Shown here piece after piece: positions 24,801-36,800 of a stretch of DNA of 64,000 nucleotides. The stretch spans positions 73,965 to 137,964 of the forward strand of contig NMRA01000638.1 in the NCBI GenBank assembly GCA_002633005.1. Reading direction: 5' to 3'. The notes below the pieces were generated by a model. That model ran no database searches and was not told the DNA's origin. It was given only the letters and a program-made list of their open reading frames with translations. The stretch comes from Phoronis australis. Taxonomy: Eukaryota; Animalia; Phoronida. Each line of letters begins with the position of its first letter. Positions within the stretch are counted from its first letter, which is position 1. Made by a program: the position numbers and the translations under genes.

Positions 24801-27800
24801 AATGTTGTATTCAACAAAACATGTCTGGAGGAGAACTTGTTGCCAAAACAATCTGGTAGTGTTCTGGAGAATAGGTTCATTATTGGTCTCTAGAGGCATT
24901 GTTGTATATACACTTACTTAGAGACAAAGACTTAGACCAAAAGGTCGAAACATCTGCTAACAACCAGCCACGTCTCTAAGTAAGTGACCATTTTATATAC
25001 TACAATCTGGTAGTATATTGCAAAAACATCTTTTTGTCAAAAATTAATGAAAAAAGAGTAAAAAGAAAACCTTTTTATCAGCCATGCGTAGCCATTCATG
25101 CATCTTCTCAACAGACTCATCAAATTGTTTGTGTTTCTCATTGGCATCGTTCAACTTCTCTGAATGTGAGTTGCATTTGGACACCAACTCCTGGTATCGG
25201 TCATTGCAGGCCTTCACCTTTTCACGGATAGCCTCACATTCAGCAGTGTCGATCATGGATGAACGCTTGACCTTTGACCACTTGTCGAAGCCACCACGAA
25301 AAGCTATTAGGTCTTTCTGGTAGAGTTTGGCTTCCTCTATGAATCGTTGGGCAGACAGGTTAATGAATCGTATGTCAGCTTGGTGTTCCAGCACTTCAAC
25401 TTGGAAGGCCTACAAAGGAAAGAAATTGGATTATCATAACACTTGTGTTGATAATTCATTTGGTTAATAATGCAGTACACGAAGCATCAATTGAGTTAAA
25501 ACAATTTACCAGAATATAACGACCAAGGTGTTACACAAATGTATTGCATGCACTTTACTTCTACGTTTTCTAATAATAAAAACGATACAACATGCCAATG
25601 TCTCAACAAGGATGCTTTTCCACATCAATTACACCTCCAACATGTCACCTATAATACCATGTCACATGTTAATTTAATGGACATCAGCCATATCTTCACA
25701 TGCCTAACATGACTGCCACTACCAACTACCTACCTTATGTCTGTCTGTCTGTTCCTTTAATGAGTACAGATGTCCAGCTGTCTCCAGGATGTTGGCAATG
25801 GTGCCCTCAGCTGGCTCCAGCCAGAGTGCCAACTTCTTCATCTCACCATCCAGTTTCACCAGCTCCTCGCTGGCAGTGGTCAAGTTTTTCAATCGTGACT
25901 CAGAGGTACGTGCCACACGCTCCTGCCTAGTCTTTAGCTCGTTGTAGAGCTGTTCCACCTCGCGGAGTTCCTCTCCAGTGAAATCGTCATGGTGATTCTC
26001 CAGCAGTTGCTGTACTTGATACACGAGGGACAACACAGCTTGTTGGTGGGCAGTTATGTCATCATGGAGTTTCTGAAAGGCATAAGTAACAGTACTGAAG
26101 CAGCAAACAAGGCTCCACAAGAAAATATCAAGAGCTAACAGCATTTTACTAATGAAAAATAAAACTGGCTTCGAACATCGACATTTGCCAGCAAGCGACT
26201 GTCAGATTGTGGCCACTATTACGACCATCAAACAAATGTTAGAAGTTCTTAAACAAGACAGCCTTTTACACTCTGGTTTTCCACTTGTGTGGTGAGATGG
26301 TGGATAACAATGTTACTGTATTTGGTTTTGTTCTGTTTTGTGTCAATATGAAACAGCTGGCACAGTTACTAAAATCCAAAAATCTTTTTTTTTCCAAAAA
26401 TCTTGCTAATCTCAGTCAAGTCCATTGGAGCAATTGAAATGGGGATAAAATTGATGATCAAAGTTTTATAAAATTCCATCTTTACTACAAGTACTTGATG
26501 TCTTGGTTATTGTTTCACAAAAGCTATGTTGATGACACATCTGAAGTTTTAGAAACAAAGCTGACGAATTTTTCAATCTTGCTAACAAATTGTACAATAA
26601 CAGTTGGTTCACTAGAAAAAACGAATGTGATTCTCAGCTCCATTTTTCTGAATGTCTTGGAAATGGTGAAATAACTACTAGAAAATATTTATAAAAAAAC
26701 TATATTCACAGGTTTATACATTCGCTGGGACAGTTTCGTCCCCAAACAGTACAAAAGAAACCTCATCAGGAATTTATTGTATAGGGCTCAGGGTTTCCAC
26801 TGCGTGTAAACTTCTGGGCGGCCCGCCACGCTCCTTTTTGGCTCTGCCACTCGTAAATCATACTCAAATTGACCGCCACACACCTAATCGTGACGGGGAA
26901 ACTTCACCGCCACGCAAAAATCACTGATAAAAATGATCGTCAGTAAAAATGATCGCTAGTAAAAATGATCGCTAGTAAAATTAGTGCTAGTAAAATGAAT
27001 CGCAAGTAAAAATGATCGCTAGTAAATGATCACTAGTAATAATGAATAACACCTTTCACCGTTTATGGATCGAAAGGGAAAAATAATAATTTCACAATGG
27101 GATCTTGAATTGTCCCCCATTTAACACATTCATTCAATCCCCATTCCCCTTTCGTACCCCGTTTCCGCCTGGTTATCCGACAATGCACATTAACTTAATA
27201 CAGCCGGGGAACAGGCACCGACCTCGATACGAATTTTCTAAAATGGGAAATTGCCAGGGCTTGCTAATGAAGTAAGAAACAGTAAGATTTCTGCTTCTTC
27301 ATGTTATCGTGTCCGAGTTTACAAAAGACATTGTGAATTATACTGCAGGGCATGACATCCAACTGTTTAATGAGGCAGCCCTGCGCCAAAATGATGATAT
27401 TGAATGTTAACCAGTCTCAGATTCGTCTGCATGGACTGAATTATACATCTCAAGTTCTGCTACGCCAGCCAACGCCAATCCACTATCACTGATTTAAGTT
27501 TAGCAAGACGATATCAACGGACGTTTTGTTACACGAATTAGTTTATTACGTCTACGAAGTTCACAAATTTTTTGTTCTGTTTGTGACTTTGTGGATAATT
27601 CAATTTTAACACTGTTTTTTGTACTTAAGTGCAACAGAGATCACACTATGCCAGACACTTCATTGCCAATTTGTCTTGGGAAGTCTCCTTTACCTAGATA
27701 CTTCCACTACATGATGCTCAGGTTGGGGTCTTGTCTATGATAAGCAAACTGCAACCAATTACATCATAATTTTCAAATTTTGCCTGGGGAAGGTCTACGA

Positions 27801-30800
27801 CCCCCCCCCCAACGGGGAGGATCTCACTTCATCCCATGCTTGCGTGTGGCGCTGGATTCCACATCACTCACCACCACGCTCCTCTCGAAACCCAGACAAT
27901 AGGGGGGCCCAACTTCTCATATTCGCGTACGGCAACGGGCTTTGCGCCCCGTTTTGGCCATTTACCACCACGCTCCTTTCAAAACCCAAGGGAAACACTG
28001 GGGCTTACAACATTTGTTCTAGTTAACACAGTTCATCTGCAGAATTTGTACCAATAGTTTCCCTGGAAAACAGTTTTTCTCCCTACTTTACACAGGCGGT
28101 GAAAGTTCGAAGGTTAAATGTTAGATCACGCGAGTATTGGGCCAAGTAATACTAGCTGTGGAAACTGTTATTATTTTTACTGTTAATAGTCTTAGGTCAC
28201 TCATTAGATCCAAACAATTTTCCAATGCGAACACCTAAGCGACCTGATATATTGTTTGAGCTGTATTGACTGTAACGCATCATATATTGGCATGACCTGT
28301 TGGATTTTGAAAAACTTAAGATTTAACGAACATTCTAAGGATAAAAACAGTTCTGTTAATAGCCATTTGATAGATACCAGTCACAAGATACTTTGACAAT
28401 GCTAGAATTTTAGATCACGATGTCTGTAAATTCCATCAGTTTGTAAAAGAAAGTTTCAAAATTTTAGAACACAAACCCCAACTTAATAGAATGTCCTCAT
28501 CCTATGACAGCCAGCTATATAGGCCTTGGAATGGCCCATGACCAAAAAAGAGGAAAATTTTCACTGCCCTCAAGTACACATTGCATCTAAACAACTATAC
28601 CTTCATTATCGCAAGATGCCCTATAACTGTGTCGTGTTGGCAAAATGCACTCATCTTAAGTGAGGGAATTGCAATCATCTCCACACAGCAGCACCTGACA
28701 TCTATTTCACCAACAATAATTTGGGCACAAGGTGTAGATCATAATGTGAACATGTATTGTGGATTAGATGTCTATAAAATCATATCTTACACCACTGATA
28801 GAGATGTTCTTTCAACTACGACTGACAAAGTTTTTTCACTTAAAAGCTCCAAAACTTCATAAAATAATACATAATTACTTCCAAGATGTAGATCACAATG
28901 CACACAATCAGGTCATGTACCTAGATGTCATCACATCATACAACTACGACTGACAAATTGTTTTAACTTAATAAAAGTTCCAAAACTTAATAACATAACA
29001 CATCATAACCTTTTTGCCAGTGTCATGCCAATGAATCAATACTTCCAACATATAGATCATAACATACACAATTTGTAATAGACACTTTACTAAAACCAGT
29101 AACTTTGGTGCAGCTGACAGTTGCAGGGAGTTCTTAGCAATAAAGGCAATTAGATGCAACAAAAGATATGTTTTAAAATTAAAAACAATAAAGATAATGA
29201 TCCAATATTTGCAGTGTGAGTGACACAAGCTTATTTTTGATTTGCTCCAGAGAGACATATAAAATTATTTTCAGTTCTTATAATTACGATACAAAATTAT
29301 TAAAAAAATTTGAAAATCTATCCAGAGATTATCTGGTAAGTCTGAAACACATACACATTTAATTCCAACAAAATTTCTATTCCAATGCAAATGGAAAAAA
29401 GACGAAAAACTGTGGCTCATATCCCAACAGCTAGCATGAAAAAAAGGAAAGTTCAAAAACAATATACAATAGAATACATCAATCACAATCATAAGTTGCC
29501 CAAACTTTTCAGTTTCAAGCAGTAATTACACGTGTTAATTGTTCATAAGCCACGCTGGTGTAGAACAAACTATGTGACTCACTTTACACAACAAATAACA
29601 AACAGGACCCTGAAAATAGGCTGGCAGAATTTGTAAACAATGGCTTAGACCAATCAGATCATTCAGAACCTATCACGTGACCACTTCTCTATTGAACTGC
29701 AAAACTTGAGTTGGTCAGAATAACACATTTTTACAAAATAAAACATGAAAAATGTCAAAATAAATTGGAATACATCAACGGCAATTTAAAATATATTTGA
29801 AGTAACTAAAACAGCACTTTGTATCCCGTTTCGGCGGCAAGTAGAAAATCGGACTTGGGCCTAGCAGCCAACATGGCAAGTAATGGCACGGGCTTGCATG
29901 AGGAATCAAACAAAAAAATTCCATACATCACTCACATCCAATGCTATTACATTCCGAATCCAACAAATTACCAGTTACAGTTGAATTTCCTTTCAGAAAG
30001 CGTTTTTCTTCCTTGTGTTTCATCGTTTTCAGGTGGTCCTCCAGTCCAAGGCGATTCGGGCAAGCACGCAGTAACTGTCAAAGTTTACAGAGCGCAAACC
30101 CTGACTTTTGTTGTTTGCGAACACATTGACCAATTCTTTTATCCACTTCTTCCACAAAATATTCTGTCTACTCCAAGCTCCACGCAATTTTGGCCCCAGA
30201 ATTCCACCATTTGTCACCACGATTTAATACCATATGCATATGCCCCGGCAATGATGATTTCCGTTCCTCCGAAACATAAAGAGCAGTTTCCGCTTTTTGA
30301 GTCGTCGGCAACGCCGCAGTTAAAAACTAATTTGCCGCAGATATTTTATGGAGGGAACAAGAGAAAAAAGCGGAAATCCGCGTTTCCGCAGAAAATTCCA
30401 AGCCTTGGTCTCTGTAATTTTTTCCCCACCATAAGTTTTGCATGTTGTGTGTATTTATTCTCTTGATAATAGAGCTAAGATTAAGTTGTGAAACATTGAG
30501 AACTTGTAATGAAGATAAAATTTAATATAACCTTGATAGTCAATTTTATCCTCAGGTTATGGCCTAAAACGAACATAATGGGAATTCCAAACAGACAAAC
30601 CACAACAATTGAAGTTAATCTTAAACGAGATTACAAGCTCTTTAATAAACCCACATCTGCCAAGGCCTACCTTGTGTTCTTCCACCTGCTCCAACAGTTT
30701 CTCTGTGTCTTCACTGGCAGACTGCTGGCTGTTCAACAGACTCTCCACATCTGTCACCCAGTTGATCTGATTATGCAGATCTTGGGTAAGCTCATCATAG

Positions 30801-33800
30801 AGGTCGTCCAGCTTCACCTTATGACAGCAGAATGTTTGAATGNTATAATGAAGATAAAATTTAATAAAACCTTGATAGTCAATTTTATCCTCAGGTTATG
30901 GCCTAAAACGAACATAATGGGAATTCCAAACAGACAAACCACAACAATTGAAGTTAATCTTAAACGAGATTACAAGCTCTTTAATAAACCCACATCTGCC
31001 AAGGCCTACCTTGTGTTCTTCCACCTGCTCCAACAGTTTCTCTGTGTCTTCACTGGCAGACTGCTGGCTGTTCAACAGACTCTCCACATCTGTCACCCAG
31101 TTGATCTGATTATGCAGATCTTGGGTAAGCTCATCATAGAGGTCGTCCAGCTTCACCTTATGACAGCAGAATGTTTGAATGATATCAACATTTAAGAATC
31201 AGTCACGATATCTACGTGTAAGAATCAGTCACAAAAACTTATTAACCTTTTGAAACACTAAAATTATTGTAGCGGACTCATACTTCTAGAAACAACAAAT
31301 AACATCAAAAAAATGTACTAATGTAACTTAAAACATTAACATTCCACATTGCTAACAAGTGAATAAAAGGCAAAATGTGAAATTAAATATAAATTAAATA
31401 ATTAACAGGATATAATCAAGAATAAGAACATTGCAAACAACATGTAATAAAATCCATTTTCACTCTAACTGAAACATGCAAGTAGGTTAGGTAGTGAAAG
31501 AGTACTAAAATCCTAAGGCAATAACAATGTGATGATACCATAATCAACATACCACCAAGTTCATACACACAACAGCCCTGGAGTCAATCATACAATTCAC
31601 ATCAGGCACACATTAGGTAGCACAATGCACACACTGCATTGTACAAACCAGTGACAACAACAGGACAATGAGTGAACACTTGAACAATCTACAAAACACT
31701 GACAACATTGGATTCATGGTGAAAATGCAGATTCCTTTAATTTTATGCAACAATGAATTTTTTCTGGTTAGAAATTTGCTTTAATAAATATTGGGATTAC
31801 AGTAAACATTTCTCAAATCGGGACACAATATGTTGGAGAGGTCGAATTTCATCTTGTCAGTTTTCTCAAAGAAGATAAAATTTCCAAAAAGTTTCCTTTG
31901 CTCTAACTATGGTATAGCTATTACCAAACAACGGTTGTTAAAATTTTGAGCTTTTACAACAAGGTGGTTAGCCCCTGAAAAATAGAAATATGGTAATTTT
32001 AGTAATTATTATCCCAAATTGAAGAATTCTTATCATATTTCAAACAATTTCACATGGAAACAACTACGATCCAAGACCTGGACTTAGCAGCACATTCAAT
32101 GAGGCTAAGACACCTAAACCAGATGAATAGTTCAAACAATTCCCAGATTCCAATTCAACACTACTCAGACGCGAAGGTAAAAAATGCAAACCAACTGTTT
32201 TTCAATGGCTGCTAACACACTTCTGAACTGAGTCTCGCATTTAGAGTGTTCCAGTTACCTTTTAAAAATTTCTTATGTCACCACTACAGCTCCTAATCTA
32301 CAGTTAAGACTTCATTGACATTAAAATGACGAATGGTACACAATTTTTATTGTAGAACAGTGATTAGCACAACAGCAGTGGGACAAGTCCCTGGTTAATG
32401 CACAGCACTATGGGTGAATACCACACAAACAGAGAGGGTGTTGTGCTATTTCTGGAACTGATTATTGACATTAGGTCTTTTAGTAACCTGCCCTGTGAGG
32501 AACCAGTTACAGAAATTTAAGCTTCCAAGGCCTACTGACATGAGCATAACAAAGAAAAAACACAATATTCGTGTAATGATAATATTAATCATAGTCAGGC
32601 CTCATTTTCTCTACTTTCTCGAGAATTAAATTTGCAGTTTATTGTCGATTCCTCATGGAGCTCAATGCAAAAATCATTTTACTCTTCGTGGATTTTATAA
32701 GGCCATGAGGTTGAAAATAAAATCATGCAGAGGAATCCACGATTTCAATACATAGTATACCAGGAAACAATAATCATTATCCTTAGTTGGCTTTTCCATG
32801 CCTAGAAGATATCTTGAAACATATTCGAGATTTTCCACACCATGTAAGAACTGTGTGAAAAGCTAAATCTTGTTAATGTGTAGCAGCACAATCAATGTCA
32901 TGTAAAGCAAAGTCTTTACACTTAAGTGTTAAGTGCCGTCCACACACAGCCTACCCTAGAGCAACTTGTAGTAGTGCAAGGTTAAGTGGAGCGTCCACAT
33001 GCACACACACATATCCCGATAACTGGGATAAGGCAAAGTTGTTGCTCTGTGCGTGACAATGAACACCTAATGCATGCACAATACACAAATAAAACCCGCC
33101 TGTATGCAACTGCAGGAAATAAGTATTTTCACCTGGCCCCAGGTTTGCAACCAAGCAGGAATTAGAAGTGGTGCAAGTTACCCTAGAACAAGTTACTTCA
33201 CCTCCATAAGGTGGAGTAAGTTGTCACCAGTGCACTAGTTTAATTAAATAGCGTACACACAGCCTCCAAACCTAGCGGCAACTCATTCTAGGAATAACTT
33301 GTTCTTGTCTGTGTGTGGACGGCACTTTAGAAGTTTGAGAAAAAGTTAATTAGGAAGCCAACTGACCTGCATATACAGTGGATACAGTCACTATGAAATT
33401 GACTTCATCTAGTAAATGTGTGAAAGCCCCTTTAAATACGAGTTATGTAGAATTTAGATGGCACCGTTCTAATAAGAACAGGAGCAGTGAAATGCGCCCA
33501 CAAATGCTCTGTAAATGGTGCGATTCTCAGGGTGTTTATTTCTATCATAAAAATGGCCACTAGATGGCTAAAAATACGTTGAATATATCCGAAAACAGGA
33601 ACGTGTCATTGCTTCCTTAGTAAAAACTATTTATCAAATTTTGCAAAAATTTGTAGAGGAATGGAAAAATGAAAGTGGTATTAGGGGGCACAGCTTTAGT
33701 TGGCTCTGTCTGAAAGTCGTTGTCATCGTCCGCTTTCAACTTCATACAAGTACACTTGCTAAATTTCATAAAGATCTTGCAATGGGTTTAGAAAATACAG

Positions 33801-36800
33801 CTATGGCCGCAAAAAAAACCCACCACTAGGAGGCACCACAGTAGGAAAAGTTGTCAGGAACACATCGTCAACCGTCGTCTTCACACAAAGAACATATATG
33901 CTATTCCTTGGAGTACGTAGTTTCTTTGGTTGATAGAGGGGCAGACGCCAAAAGCAGACTAGAAAACAGTAAAAATGGTCACTAAACGGCGCAAAATAGG
34001 TCGAATTCATCCGAAAATGAGAACATGGCACTGTTTTCTTAAAAGAAAGCCATTTACCAAATTTCATAAAAATCCATCAAGGGACTTCAGAGAAACGGAT
34101 GAAAACAAAAAAATAAGATTTTGCCACTAGGGGACACACCATTCGTCGAATCCGTCTGAAAGTTGTCCTTGTCTGTTGTCAATTTCATGCATATACACAA
34201 GCTAATTTAGTAAAAAATCCTGCAGATCATTTAGGAGATACAGCCATGGGCGCAAAAACAAACAAAGCTGCCACTAGGAGGCACCACAGTAGTCAAGTCA
34301 TCAGAAAATCATCGTCAGCCGTCCTATTCACAGTGAGAACCTACATAACAATTTTCATAATCATCCTTAGAGTGGTTTGGTTGATAGAAGGGCGGACACA
34401 AAAAAAAGGATTCGAAAACAATAAAAAAGGCAACTAGGTGGCGCAAAATACCACAAATCCATCTGAAAATGAGAGGATCGCGTCATCTCACTGATAGATA
34501 CCTATACTTCAAATTTTATGAAAATCCGTCAAGAAACAATGAAAGGTAATCGTAAAAAGTTGCCATTAGGAGGGACACCGGTAGTTGTATAGGTCCGAAA
34601 TTCGTCGTCATCTGTCGTCAGCTTCATAGGAACACATCTGCCAAATCACACCAAAATCCCAAATATGTATGTGGGTGCATAAAAATGAGAACAGAAACTG
34701 ATAACTAAATATCAAACAGAAAATAACAGTGGGCAGCACACACACGCAAACACATGGTATTCATCAAACAACGTAAAGATAATGGTTGCTTTGAAAAGTG
34801 CAACGTACAGCTTTCAAGCAGGTGTAACTTGCACTAATACAATTAAATCTACTTTCATAAACGTCAATTCATCTTCATTTGTGCTGATAAATGTACTTAA
34901 TAACTATTGCATGTAACGAGAGTTTTTTGGCAAATCCTATTTCATTCAGTGCAAAATACGCAAATGATCTGTGACATAATCACAATTTATCACACTTTTA
35001 AAAATTCATTGATGGCTAATAATTCTATTAAGTTATTGAGTGAACCCTGGGTAATGTAGTGCCAATTCAGTTATCTTCAAATAACGGACTCAGTGCTTTT
35101 TCATCTTATGTAGTCAACTTAGTAATAATTTGGCTTCAAGTCAGTATGTTGATAAGTCATTTGAAATTACACTGAATTCGCATCACAGTAAGTTAACCGA
35201 CACCCTTCATTACCAATGGTCTCATTTCTTCGAAAAACCTTCCGAAATACTGTTTCAACCCATGACACCATATCTTCTTTCTTGGTGATCAAAAATTGCG
35301 CTGTACATGAAAATATTGCCTGGTCGTTTGTTATGTGACCTGATCATGTTTGATCAAATAACTTGAAAATTTTGTTTATCCCATATTCAGGGAATTATCT
35401 TTTATGACCTCTTATCCTGTCTGTGTAAGTCCATAAAAACACATTTTTGAGGAAAAACACTGAGCACACCTACTGCAAATGCCCAGGCACTATTTTCATG
35501 GGCATAAAACATTTTGTTACTCAGGAATGATTTTAAAATCTATTAACTCCTAGGCAAAACCTATTTGAAGAAACATGACCCAACTGGTAATGAAGGCAGT
35601 CAGTTTCCTTAAACACCTTAAAGGAGAATGTCACCCAAAAAACAACCTAATTTGTATCAATTTAGATCTAGTAGTTTCCCTTGATAACAGTAAGTAAAAC
35701 TTTTACCTAACACCTGACGGCAGATGAAGGTGTTAAAATTAACCAATGACGTTGAAAAAACATGTTATTTTCTTTCACTATGACAGATTTTTAGGTATTT
35801 GAACATACTGTAGCCTACAAAGTTTGGTAGGCCAATTTACCAAGGTCAGTCGCGGGAGTTTGGTGTCAGTTCGGTGATGAATTCAAATCATTCGTCCATA
35901 CAGACAGGAGAAAATAGCTATGTGTTTTAATTTTAGACACGATTTTTTCAGTTCTAAACACACAAAACGCTTGCTATCCTGGCCACTGGCTCAAAACCCG
36001 ATCAGGCCCATCGCGGCCGGACTGGAGACATCACGTACATGAACCAGCCAAAGTTGGAAACTAAACTAGACAATACTAGTGAGTCAAAGAAAAAATATGC
36101 ATGTGATTATTTTGGTGACTTAGCCGCGAAACTACAAATCTACTTGCTAGCTCGTCGGGGACTGCGAAGTCAGGTTACCGGCTTCCACAGAACCATCAGA
36201 GCAAAAGTTGTACAGTAGCAATTATTCAAAAATGTATATGAATATCTAAATAAAGATTCCCTTAACATCTGACCATAGGATGTAAAATCCAATTATTGCG
36301 TTTCACAACAGGTTTTTGTCAGCAAACACTGAATCAGCATTGCGCTCACACCGTCTCTGTGCCCGGTCAATTACTGGATCTAAAGCCGGTAACGTAGTGG
36401 TTTATTCATTGCTGGCTTCTCAAAACATTTGCACTCACGAACACTCCAAGGCATTACAAAATTTATCTACTGAGACGGACTTTGTTTCAGTTTTATATAA
36501 GTATTGGTTAGGGTGACAGCAATTCAGTTTGAAACAGAACGCACAATAATAAACGTCAACTCGCAATCCCAACTTAGATGAGTGCTCATCCGATGAGGAC
36601 TTCACAGGTTGATCGTTAGGTTTAACAGGCTATCAGTTCGAATCGGAATACACTGATCAAGAAATAATAGAGAGAGGCTCCATGAATGTGCTCAGACAAC
36701 AGAACATATGGATGGTTCCGAAAACCAGTTTTCATGACTTGTCATGGTGTCAGTGAGCTAACTGCACGATAATGGAAACGACTGACACTTGCGTTTGCTG

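Noticed and set aside
26929-27040. Short regular repeats resembling a CRISPR array
   Set aside because: Head-to-tail minisatellite without unique spacers, inside a eukaryotic transposon; no cas genes
29819-30466. 215-aa plus-strand ORF
   Set aside because: Lies in a non-autonomous TIR element, has a non-ATG start and no transposase motifs
30509-31195. 228-aa plus-strand ORF with an internal repeat
   Set aside because: Antisense to a real exon and doubled only by the N-joined duplication
32540-32790. Possible small Crypton-like relic
   Set aside because: Only vague motif resemblance, with no defensible boundaries
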